A DNA stretch of 32,376 nucleotides from a virus (lineage: Duplodnaviria > Caudoviricetes): positions 1-32,376 of IMG/VR virus record IMGVR_UViG_3300032277_001235; one strand, written 5' to 3'. The notes under the pieces are model-generated. The model saw only the letters and a program-made list of their open reading frames with translations. It did no database searches and was not told the DNA's origin. Shown piece after piece: positions 15,193 to 23,384 of the stretch. A program made the translations under genes and the position numbers. How positions within the stretch are numbered: position 1 is the stretch's first letter; each line of letters opens with the position of its first letter.

Positions 15193-17252
15193 TGGCAGAA
15201 CAAACATTTCTACAAAGATTGTTTAACAGCAAACCTGTTGAGCAAAAAAATTCAAACATGATGGGTTACTTTGGTGTTGGCACTGAAGAAGCAAAGACCT
15301 ATAAATACCAAGACTTAGCAAAAGAAGGCTATCTTAAAAACGCGATTGTTTATAGATGCGTGAATGAGATAAGCAAAGGTGCAAGTGCTGTGCCTTTTAT
15401 GCTTAAGGCAGGTGATCAAATCATAGAAGAACATCCCTTGATTGATCTTCTTATGCGACCTAACCCACTGCAATCCTACAGTGAGTTCTTTAACAGTCTG
15501 TTTGGATATGTGTTGTTAAGTGGTAACGCTTACATTCTTAAGACTGGTAGCGACATGGGCGCACCAAAAGAACTGCATCAATTAAGACCTGATCGCATAA
15601 ACATAAAAGGCAGTGGTAAGCCTATACCTGAAAAATATGAATACATGGTGAATGGTAGAGTTGCTCACACATATCTTATAGATCAAGAAAACGGCTTTAG
15701 CGAACTAAAACACGTCAAGCTATGGCATCCGCTAGATGATTACTATGGTCTAAGTCCGTTAAGTGCAGCAGCAGTTGAGGTAGATCAATTTAACATGGCT
15801 AGCAAGCACAATGTCAATCTTTTACAAAATGGTGCAAGACCAAGTGGTGCAGTTGTTTTCAAACCACAAGATGATGCAGGCTTTGCAGTCAATTTAACAG
15901 AATCACAGAGACAACAATTACTCACAGACTTAAATAACAGATTTAGTGGTGCAGGTAATGCAGGCAGACCTATGTTATTAGAGGGAGACTTTGATTGGAA
16001 AGAAATGGGTCTGAGTCCTAAAGACATGGATTTTGCAACCTTAAAACACATGAGTGCAACAGACATTGCTCTATGCTTTGGTGTACCTAGCCAGTTAGTA
16101 GGTGTTCCTGACAGTCAAACCTATTCTAATGTTGCAGAAGCAAGACTTGCTCTGTATGAAGAAACAATTATTCCACACTTAAGAAAGATCGCATCAGACC
16201 TTAACGAGTGGTTAGTTCCATTGTTTGATGATCGTCTCACATTAGAGTTTGACATTGATGCTATTCCTGCATTGTCAGAGAGAGTTAAAAGAGTATACGA
16301 AAATGTTACCTCTGCTGTAAGAGAAGGAATCATGACTAGGAATGAAGCAAGAGAACAGCTTGGATTAGAGCCGTTAGATGGAGCAGATGATCTATATATA
16401 TCAGCTAACTTATTTCCTCTTGGTGATGAAGGCGTGGAAAAACCTGCAAATCCAGTTAATGAAAATGATTTAGAAGATTATGATGACGAAGAAACTGATA
16501 AAGAAATATTAGAACTCTTAGAAGAAGAAAAAGCATTATCAGATATAAATACAGTTCCTAACAATTCTATGGCAGAAGAAGCAGCAAGAGGTCTGCAATG
16601 GCGAAAAAAGTATAAAAGAGGTGGTACTGCTGTTGGTGTAGCAAGAGCAAACCAACTCATGAATAAGGAAAGGCTATCTATTTCTACAGTCAAAAGAATG
16701 TACAGTTTTTTTTCTAGGCATGAAGTAGATAAACAAGCAGAAGGTTTTAGTCAAGGCGAAAAAGGCTACCCTAGTGCTGGTAGAATTGCATGGGCTTTAT
16801 GGGGTGGTGATGCAGGTTTCTCTTGGTCAAAAAAAGTAAGAAATCAAATAGAACGAGAAGAATCTAAAGAGTACGAACTTGAGGAACATATTGGTTTTGT
16901 TGAAGATGAAAAAGCACTTAGCGAAACAGTTAGAAATGGCTTAAAAGAAAAAGTTAAAGAGCATAATGAAAAATATGGCGATAGCAAAACTAAGAAAGTT
17001 ACACTGGGTATGCTTACGCAAGTATTTCGTAGAGGTGTAGGTGCTTATAATACTAATCCATCAAGCGTAAGACCAAGTGTACGCAGACAAGGTGGTGCTG
17101 ATCGTTGGGCATATGCTAGGGTTAATTCTTTTTTAAGAGCATTATCAAGCGGCAAATTTAAAGGTGGTAAACACGATACTGACCTTTTTCCTGATGGACA
17201 CCCACTAAAATCTAAAGGACCTACAGATAGTCAAGGCAGACCGAAAAAGTGA
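15192..17252 (+). CDS. HK97-family portal protein with a long two-domain C-terminal extension
   Basis: NAIVYRCV, LRPDR, YGLSPL, NGARPSG, FGVP, TYSN and MTRNEARE motifs; ATG at 15192 overlaps the TerL stop. Confidence 0.93.
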   Translation: MAEQTFLQRLFNSKPVEQKNSNMMGYFGVGTEEAKTYKYQDLAKEGYLKNAIVYRCVNEISKGASAVPFMLKAGDQIIEEHPLIDLLMRPNPLQSYSEFFNSLFGYVLLSGNAYILKTGSDMGAPKELHQLRPDRINIKGSGKPIPEKYEYMVNGRVAHTYLIDQENGFSELKHVKLWHPLDDYYGLSPLSAAAVEVDQFNMASKHNVNLLQNGARPSGAVVFKPQDDAGFAVNLTESQRQQLLTDLNNRFSGAGNAGRPMLLEGDFDWKEMGLSPKDMDFATLKHMSATDIALCFGVPSQLVGVPDSQTYSNVAEARLALYEETIIPHLRKIASDLNEWLVPLFDDRLTLEFDIDAIPALSERVKRVYENVTSAVREGIMTRNEAREQLGLEPLDGADDLYISANLFPLGDEGVEKPANPVNENDLEDYDDEETDKEILELLEEEKALSDINTVPNNSMAEEAARGLQWRKKYKRGGTAVGVARANQLMNKERLSISTVKRMYSFFSRHEVDKQAEGFSQGEKGYPSAGRIAWALWGGDAGFSWSKKVRNQIEREESKEYELEEHIGFVEDEKALSETVRNGLKEKVKEHNEKYGDSKTKKVTLGMLTQVFRRGVGAYNTNPSSVRPSVRRQGGADRWAYARVNSFLRALSSGKFKGGKHDTDLFPDGHPLKSKGPTDSQGRPKK

Positions 17253-18061
17253 GAACAGCCACTAAAAGAATAAATACTTTTAGACAGGGCAGAATTAATA
17301 CACGCTTAGAGTCAAGAAAACAATTAGTTCTTAGAAATAATTTAGAAAAAAGATTTTATAGAAACTTAAATACATTATTTAGAAAGTTTTTAAATACACA
17401 TTTACATCTATACAGTCAGTATGGAATATATGAAATACAAATTGCACAACAATCTCTTAATGAGGATTTTTTTCCACTAATGCTTGCGCATTACAAAAGA
17501 GTTTTTAAGGCGATATACAGAAGTAATGAAGAAAAGTACGAATATTTAAGAAAAGCTGATGAGGCATTTGTATTTGGTAGAAGTACAGATTTTGAGTTAG
17601 TTGTTAATCAATACTTTGCCAATAGGCAATTAATCTTAGCAGGCATTACAGAGCGCATGGCTACAAGAATAAGCAACTTAATAGAACAAGGCAGAGCAGA
17701 TAATTTAACTTTGCCACAAATAGCTAAATTAGTATCAAGTAAATTTTTACCAGTAAGCAGAAGCCGTGCTGCACTTATAGCAAGAACAGAAACACATAAT
17801 GCCGCATCTTTTGCAAACCATTCTTACCACGCAACAGTTGAGAAAGACTTGGGGATAAAAATGTTAAAAAAATGGGTAGCTACCAACGATGCTAGAACAA
17901 GATCAGCACATTCTGCAGCCAGTGGACAAACTGTGGATATGTCAGAAGATTTTATTGTTGGTGGAGTTCCTATGAGTTTTGCAGGCGATAGCAAAGGTGG
18001 TGCAAAAAATGTTATTAATTGTAGATGCGTAATAGTTTACGCAGATGAAAGAGACCTTTAA
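17249..18061 (+). CDS. Minor head protein (SPP1 gp7 / Mu F family)
   Basis: RAALIARTET, KKWVAT.DARTRSAH and VINCRC motifs; GTGA overlap with the portal stop. Confidence 0.9.
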   Translation: MRTATKRINTFRQGRINTRLESRKQLVLRNNLEKRFYRNLNTLFRKFLNTHLHLYSQYGIYEIQIAQQSLNEDFFPLMLAHYKRVFKAIYRSNEEKYEYLRKADEAFVFGRSTDFELVVNQYFANRQLILAGITERMATRISNLIEQGRADNLTLPQIAKLVSSKFLPVSRSRAALIARTETHNAASFANHSYHATVEKDLGIKMLKKWVATNDARTRSAHSAASGQTVDMSEDFIVGGVPMSFAGDSKGGAKNVINCRCVIVYADERDL

Positions 18062-18279
18062 TCAATAATATATTCTTGTGTTGAGTTGTGATCTATATAT
18101 GTAATACGACCACTGTATGGTACCCAACCAATATGGTGATTTAAAGCATCTCGCATTAACCAACCACGCATTCTTTCTGTAGACTTAGACTTACATGGTA
18201 CTTTGTCAAAAGAACTTGGTGCTTCGTTAATGTATCTTTCTAGGGCTTCTGTAAATTTCATAATGCTACCCCTTACCAA
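18058..18279 (-). CDS. Hypothetical protein (start may be ATG at 18261)
   Basis: Last gene of the antisense island; converges on the MuF stop. Confidence 0.6.
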   Translation of the reverse strand: MVRGSIMKFTEALERYINEAPSSFDKVPCKSKSTERMRGWLMRDALNHHIGWVPYSGRITYIDHNSTQEYIID

Positions 18280-18521
18280 GTTTGATTAAAAAAGTTAGTA
18301 GGCAAATTTTCTGCTATTAAGTCTGCTACAACTTGCCACTCCTTTTGCGATAATGTATCGCTATCTATGTTAAATCTTTGACATACATCTGCAACATCGT
18401 AGTACCATTTAAAGCACTCTGCATCTGCATAAAGACAGTGTTCTTTAACTACAGCCAAAAGGGTTTCTTGATTTAAACCTGCAATGGTTTTTGAGTTGGT
18501 TGGGTTATTTAAGTTTTTCAT
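18273..18521 (-). CDS. Hypothetical early protein, 82 aa
   Basis: First gene after promoter copy C; AAGGA SD. Confidence 0.75.
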   Translation of the reverse strand: MKNLNNPTNSKTIAGLNQETLLAVVKEHCLYADAECFKWYYDVADVCQRFNIDSDTLSQKEWQVVADLIAENLPTNFFNQTW

Positions 18522-18597
18522 TTTATCCTTTGTTTAATTAATATGAGTACATCATACTAGGTTAATTAATAGATGTAAACCCTTTTTGGAATATTAT
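18522..18597 (-). promoter_or_regulatory. Repeated early promoter/leader module, copy C
   Basis: Minus strand: TATTCCAAAAAGG-GTTTAC-N18-TATGAT-GTACTCATATTAATTAAACAAAGGATAAAATG. Confidence 0.82.
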
Positions 18598-18897
18598 TTA
18601 GTGTGTATTTAATATTTTTGCATAAACAAAGTTCCTAATTGTCACCAATTCATCTTCGTTTATATCTTTAATGCTTCTAACTATATAAATTGATTTACCA
18701 TGCCAATACCAACCAGTTTCTTGATCTTCATAAATATCATCTGTAGTAATAGTTTGGTTTAGAAACTTGCTTAATATAAGGCGATCAGAAACATTATCAT
18801 CAGCATTTTCTTCTAAAATATAATAATCACTAGGGCAATAAGCATAATGCTCTGAGTTAGTATCACCAGTCATTTGTTCTATTGTTATCCATTTCAT
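18598..18897 (-). CDS. Hypothetical protein, 99 aa
   Basis: ATGA overlap with the upstream small ORF. Confidence 0.7.
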   Translation of the reverse strand: MKWITIEQMTGDTNSEHYAYCPSDYYILEENADDNVSDRLILSKFLNQTITTDDIYEDQETGWYWHGKSIYIVRSIKDINEDELVTIRNFVYAKILNTH

Positions 18898-19061
18898 TTT
18901 TCTTGACCTGTATTTGTTTTAAGAATTTTATCTAACGCTGTCATTAAAGGCGTATCTTCAGATAGCATATTATGGTTACCATCTTCTATTTCTTTGTTGG
19001 CTTTTTCAAATATGCACATCTGTAATGCTATTACTTCTTGGTTGGTTAAATTAATATTCAT
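18894..19061 (-). CDS. Hypothetical protein, 55 aa (MNINLTNQEVIALQMCIFEKANKEIEDGNHNMLSEDTPLMTALDKILKTNTGQEK)
   Basis: Translated by hand; fills the gap between neighbours, with ATGA coupling downstream. Confidence 0.62.
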   Translation of the reverse strand: MNINLTNQEVIALQMCIFEKANKEIEDGNHNMLSEDTPLMTALDKILKTNTGQEK

Positions 19062-19065
19062 AAAA

Positions 19066-19452
19066 TTATATTGTGTAATTACCTTGCTCGGTCGTGTAGT
19101 TTACTGTTACGCCATGTCTAAAATTAAACTCACCTTTAATTATTTTATTCATTTCCATCCAACCGCCACCATCTGTACCATCTAAGTACATTTTTTTGAC
19201 TAATTGATAATGAGTATGTCCATATTTTTCGGCAATGTCTAAACACTCTTTAGAGCGTTTGTAGTCGTGAGTTCTCATACCATCGGCAAATCTTGGGTAA
19301 AAATCACAACCTTTGCCTAATATAAATTCACCATCTACCTCTGTACCACCATACATAAAATAACTTATTAAAAATGTACCTTGAGTGTATTTGCGCATAC
19401 CAAAACTGTTAAATTCGGTTTCTACTTTTTTATTTATTAATTCTTTATTCAT
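19066..19452 (-). CDS. Hypothetical protein, 128 aa
   Basis: AAGGA SD; same strand as the rest of the island. Confidence 0.72.
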   Translation of the reverse strand: MNKELINKKVETEFNSFGMRKYTQGTFLISYFMYGGTEVDGEFILGKGCDFYPRFADGMRTHDYKRSKECLDIAEKYGHTHYQLVKKMYLDGTDGGGWMEMNKIIKGEFNFRHGVTVNYTTEQGNYTI

Positions 19453-19465
19453 TTTATTTTCCTTT

Positions 19466-19495
19466 AAAAAAAAGGTAGCTGTTAAGCTACCTTTT
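19466..19495 (-). terminator. Intrinsic terminator enclosing the stop codon of the ArdC-N-like gene
   Basis: Minus strand: AAAAGGTAGCT-TAAC-AGCTACCTTTT followed by more T residues. Confidence 0.8.
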
Positions 19496-19775
19496 GAGAG
19501 TTATGTTCTATTACTCTGATGATGTCTTTAGAATCAAAAACAGTAAAGAGTTTTCTTACCATTTCTTTTTCGCCAGTCTCTTTGTTTTCTTGTTCTTTAT
19601 AGAAGCAAAGAGTTGTACCAAGACCTTTAAGACCTTTAAGCATATCGCCTGTTACTTCAAAGTGTTTCATGGCTTGCTTAAAAGTGCAAAGTGAATCATC
19701 TTCTGTGTAACCTGCTTCTGCAAGTATGTCTAAGTTTCCACCTGAGTAGTAGTTGTTGGTTATTAAGTTTTTCAT
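19482..19775 (-). CDS. Stand-alone ArdC N-terminal-like ssDNA-binding (antirestriction-type) protein
   Basis: N..T...YSG.N, TFKQA, KG.KG, FYK and FTVF match the ordered ArdC-N (DUF1738) motifs; GGAG SD. Confidence 0.68.
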   Translation of the reverse strand: MKNLITNNYYSGGNLDILAEAGYTEDDSLCTFKQAMKHFEVTGDMLKGLKGLGTTLCFYKEQENKETGEKEMVRKLFTVFDSKDIIRVIEHNSQKVA

Positions 19776-19850
19776 TTTATCTCCGTTTAATTAATATAAG
19801 AGTCATATTAAAGTGATTTGGACAAATGTAAACCCTTTTTGGAATATTAT
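19776..19850 (-). promoter_or_regulatory. Repeated early promoter/leader module, copy D
   Basis: Minus strand: TATTCCAAAAAGG-GTTTAC-N17-TAATAT-GACTCTTATATTAATTAAACGGAGATAAAATG. Confidence 0.82.
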
Positions 19851-19876
19851 TTATATTTATTTATTTAATCTATATC

Positions 19877-19905
19877 TTGTGCTTATCCAACCCTTTATGT
19901 ACTAT
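19877..19905 (+). promoter_or_regulatory. Putative promoter of the protease-capsid operon
   Basis: TTGTGC-N17-TACTAT, ending 8 nt before ATG 19914. Confidence 0.55.
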
Positions 19906-19913
19906 ATGTGGAT

Positions 19914-20849
19914 ATGCCTATTCCAAAACCTAATAGTTCTGAAAACAGGCAAGACTTTTTAAAAAGATGTATGGGAGATGACACTATGACGAGTGAATAT
20001 ACCGATTCCGACCAACGCCTAGCTGTCTGTACTAATCAGTACGATTCTAATAAAGAAGATTCTATAGAGAATGATGAAAAGCACATAAGAGCAGTAGAAG
20101 AAACTGATGATTCTTATATCATTGAGTTTGGCAAATCTAAGCCTAACTCAGAAGAAACTGTTGATGAGATGAACTCTGAGAAAGAAGTAGAGAAAGAATC
20201 TATTGAAATTAAATCAAGCATTAAAGCTTATCATGACGAAGATGAAGATAAAAACTATGGCACATTTGAAGGCTATGGTTCTGTCTTTGGTAATAAAGAC
20301 TTAGGTAATGATGTTATTGAAGCAGGTGCATTCGCCAAATCATTAAAGAAAAGAAAACCACAGAATGTAAAACTCTTATATCAACACAAGTCAGATATGC
20401 CTATCGGTGTTTTTGATGAGATTAGAGAAGATGAACACGGTCTTGTGGTCAAAGGTAGGCTGGCTCTTAAAACACAAGCAGGAGCAGAAGCCTACGAATT
20501 ATTAAAAATGGGTGCATTAGATGGTCTATCAATAGGCTTTAGAGTAAACCCAAAAGAAGTTTCATATGATAAGCGTGGTAATAAACGCATTATCAAAGAA
20601 GTAGATTTAATGGAAGTGTCCCTAGTAACTTTCCCGATGAATCCGCAGGCAACTGTCAGATCGGTAAAAGGTGAACAGTACTCCATTAGGGAATGGGAGA
20701 ATGGACTGCGTGATGCATTCAACTTATCTCGTTCAGAAGCAAAAGTTGCTGCAAAGGCAGTAACTAAGTGTTTTGATCAACGAGAGGTTGATGAAAGTGC
20801 AGAACTGGTAGATGCCATAAAAGAACTAACTTTAACCTTAAAAACTTAA
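19914..20849 (+). CDS. HK97-family prohead protease with N-terminal extension
   Basis: FEGYGSVF, LLYQH, DGLSIGF and LMEVSLVTFPMN motifs; MPIPKP start is preferred over GTG 19908. Confidence 0.93.
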   Translation: MPIPKPNSSENRQDFLKRCMGDDTMTSEYTDSDQRLAVCTNQYDSNKEDSIENDEKHIRAVEETDDSYIIEFGKSKPNSEETVDEMNSEKEVEKESIEIKSSIKAYHDEDEDKNYGTFEGYGSVFGNKDLGNDVIEAGAFAKSLKKRKPQNVKLLYQHKSDMPIGVFDEIREDEHGLVVKGRLALKTQAGAEAYELLKMGALDGLSIGFRVNPKEVSYDKRGNKRIIKEVDLMEVSLVTFPMNPQATVRSVKGEQYSIREWENGLRDAFNLSRSEAKVAAKAVTKCFDQREVDESAELVDAIKELTLTLKT

Positions 20850-20861
20850 TAGGAGTAAATT

Positions 20862-22073
20862 ATGTCGGAAGATATAAAGAACGCTATTCAAGACTTAGGT
20901 CAAACTTTCAACGAATTTAAGAAAGTTAATGACGAAAGACTTGAACAAATTGAGAAAGGCGAGAGTTCAGCATATAACGAAGAAAAACTTTCTAAAATAG
21001 AAGCCAAATTGGATTCTTACGAGGAAATGAATCAGAAGTTAACAATTGCTGAGCAAAACGCTGAACAAATCAAGGAGCAAGTTTCCAAGATTGAGACTAT
21101 GGTCACTAGACCTGACTCAGGCTTTGAATCTAAGCAAGTTGATGAGTATCTCAATGCTTTTGATAGATATTGCAGGAAAGGACTTGATGGTCTGCAACCT
21201 GATGAAAAGAAAGCATTAACTGTCAGCAATGACTCAACAGGCGGATATTTAGCACCACCTGAGTATGTGAGAGAATTGTTAAAAACAATTACTGAAATCT
21301 CACCTATCAGAAGTATTGCTAGAGTTCGTTCCACAGGTGCTAGAAGCATCCAAATCCCAAAAAGAGATGGACAATTCGCAGCACAGTGGGTTTCTGAAAG
21401 TGGTACTAGAAGTGAAACTACTGGATATACAGTCGGTTTAGAAGAACTACCTGCACACGAAATGTATGCATTGGTAGATATCTCTGAGCAAGACTTAGAA
21501 GATACAGTGTTTGACTTGGAAGCAGAAATGCAATCAGAGTTTGCAGAGCAATTTGCAAAAGCTGAAGGAACTGCATTTGTTTCAGGTAACGCAGTAGGCA
21601 AGCCACAAGGATTTATGGACGCAACTATTACTGAAGTAAATTCAGGAAGTGCTGCTGCTGTAACAGGTGATGGACTCATTTCATTGGTACACAACATTAA
21701 GTCTGACTACACAAGAAATGGTACTTTTGTTTTCAATAGAGCTACTTTAGCCTCTATCAGAAAGCTGAAAGATACTGCTGGTCAGTATGTGTTCCAACCT
21801 GGGATGATGCTCGGTGGCAATATGGTTAACACCATACTTGGACACCCATATGTTGAAGCTACTGATATGCCAAGTGAAGGTTCTAATACCTATCCAGTTG
21901 CATTCGGTGATTTCAGAAGGGCTTATATGATCGTTGATAGAGTAAATCTAGCTGTATTACGCGACCCATTCACACAAGCTACAACTGGTAATGTAAGATA
22001 CATTGCTAGAAAGCGTGTTGGTGGTCAAGTAATTCAGTCAGAAGCTATCAATAAACTTAAATGTTCAGCTTAA
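20862..22073 (+). CDS. HK97-fold major capsid protein
   Basis: Coiled-coil delta domain, GGYLAP, G.GKP.G, LKD..GQY, FGDF..AY.IVDR and LRDPF motifs; AGGAG SD. Confidence 0.96.
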   Translation: MSEDIKNAIQDLGQTFNEFKKVNDERLEQIEKGESSAYNEEKLSKIEAKLDSYEEMNQKLTIAEQNAEQIKEQVSKIETMVTRPDSGFESKQVDEYLNAFDRYCRKGLDGLQPDEKKALTVSNDSTGGYLAPPEYVRELLKTITEISPIRSIARVRSTGARSIQIPKRDGQFAAQWVSESGTRSETTGYTVGLEELPAHEMYALVDISEQDLEDTVFDLEAEMQSEFAEQFAKAEGTAFVSGNAVGKPQGFMDATITEVNSGSAAAVTGDGLISLVHNIKSDYTRNGTFVFNRATLASIRKLKDTAGQYVFQPGMMLGGNMVNTILGHPYVEATDMPSEGSNTYPVAFGDFRRAYMIVDRVNLAVLRDPFTQATTGNVRYIARKRVGGQVIQSEAINKLKCSA

Positions 22074-22083
22074 GGAGTAAACT

Positions 22084-22545
22084 ATGCAAGATTTAACACA
22101 TAATATTGTCGTAAGTAACTCAATTATCAATGCCGTTAAAACTGCTGGTGCTAATGGCACAGGAGTTGACTTAAAAGGCTTTGAAGAAGCTACAGCCATA
22201 GTAGATGTTGGTGCAGAAGGAGATACTCTTTCAGGCTCAGTCTACTTTGAAATATCATTAGAGCATTCTGATGACGATTCAACTTACACTGATTGTGTAC
22301 AGGCTGATATCATCAACGGAACTATTGCTGCAGGTGGTATTTGGTTGAAACTGGACGGAACCACAGATGGTGACCCAGGCACAACTGGTGGCAATTGGCA
22401 GATTGGGTATGTAGGTGGCAAACGCTATTTGAGATTGGTACTAGCTAAAACTGGAACTCACTCAACTGGTACACCTATCGCAGGCGTTATTGTAAAGAGC
22501 AGACCTCGTAATGCTCCTACAACTAATGTTGTACACAACGCTTAA
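22084..22545 (+). CDS. Putative capsid decoration/cement protein
   Basis: Beta-rich; GVDL.GF, LEHSDD and YVGGKRYLR motifs; directly after the MCP; AAGGAG SD. Confidence 0.65.
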   Translation: MQDLTHNIVVSNSIINAVKTAGANGTGVDLKGFEEATAIVDVGAEGDTLSGSVYFEISLEHSDDDSTYTDCVQADIINGTIAAGGIWLKLDGTTDGDPGTTGGNWQIGYVGGKRYLRLVLAKTGTHSTGTPIAGVIVKSRPRNAPTTNVVHNA

Positions 22546-22557
22546 TTGAGCAAACTT

Positions 22558-22583
22558 TGGGGGGATTAATTCCCCCCATCTTT
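22558..22583 (+). terminator. Intrinsic terminator/attenuator after the high-copy head genes
   Basis: TGGGGGGA-TTAAT-TCCCCCCA-TCTTT. Confidence 0.75.
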
Positions 22584-22596
22584 ACAGGTAGAAACT

Positions 22597-22962
22597 ATGT
22601 CAAGAACATTTAAAGTAATCGTTCCAAAACCAGCTTCAAGCAATGAGAAAGGAACTGAGGTTAGGCTTTACAAAGCTAACGAAATCATACATTCAGAAGG
22701 TCAATGGCAGGATGATGTCATGGAAGCATTTATTGCTAATGGTTGGGCAATGGAAGTTAAGGTTGATTCAGCAGAACAAACCATACAGGTAGAAGCGGAA
22801 GTTAAAGAAGTCAAACGAGCTAGAAACGATAAAGGTCAATTACAAGCAGACGACCCTAGCACTCCTGATGTGAATGAAGCATGGGAAGGTGGTAAAGCAC
22901 CTAAAAAAACAACTGCAAAGAAAAAAACTACCAAGAAAACAACAAAGAAAGCATCTAGCTAA
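22597..22962 (+). CDS. Hypothetical protein with RARN.KGQ..ADDPSTPDVNEAW motif and Lys-rich tail
   Basis: AGGT SD; histone-H1-like KKTT repeats at the C-terminus. Confidence 0.75.
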   Translation: MSRTFKVIVPKPASSNEKGTEVRLYKANEIIHSEGQWQDDVMEAFIANGWAMEVKVDSAEQTIQVEAEVKEVKRARNDKGQLQADDPSTPDVNEAWEGGKAPKKTTAKKKTTKKTTKKASS

Positions 22963-23033
22963 ATTCTTTGTTATAGTTAAACGAGCAGATGCTTACAGAA
23001 TGGTAGATACCATGCAATTTATAGGAAGTTTTA

Positions 23034-23384
23034 ATGAGTGCAGGTTATCATCATTTCATCATAGAGCAGGGCGCAACATTTGGTCAGACCCTAACTCTTA
23101 AAGATTCATCAGATGCAGTTATAAATTTAACTGGTTTTTCAGGCGCAATGCAGTTAAGAGAAAATCCTGATGCATCATCCGCAGTATTAGAAATAACAAC
23201 AGCCAACACTCGCATGACTATGGGCGGTATTGCAGGAACTATCACGCTAGAAGTCAGCGCTACAGACACAGCAGCTTTGACTGCATCAGACGGTGTGTTT
23301 GATTTAGAGATCACCAGTGGAGCAGGTGTTGTATCAAGGCTTATAGAGGGTACTTACAGCATACGCAGGAACATAACTAGATGA
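23034..23384 (+). CDS. Small beta-sandwich virion protein (fibre adaptor-like)
   Basis: IEQGATF, INLTG, G.ITL, FDLEI and RLIEG pattern, typical of genes preceding phage fibres; ATGA overlap downstream. Confidence 0.7.
   Translation: MSAGYHHFIIEQGATFGQTLTLKDSSDAVINLTGFSGAMQLRENPDASSAVLEITTANTRMTMGGIAGTITLEVSATDTAALTASDGVFDLEITSGAGVVSRLIEGTYSIRRNITR

Noticed and set aside
5023-19850. Repeated motif as CRISPR repeats, att sites or IS ends
   Set aside because: Copies are kilobases apart, same orientation, always just before an ATG, with -35/-10 geometry; no cas, integrase or transposase gene is visible.
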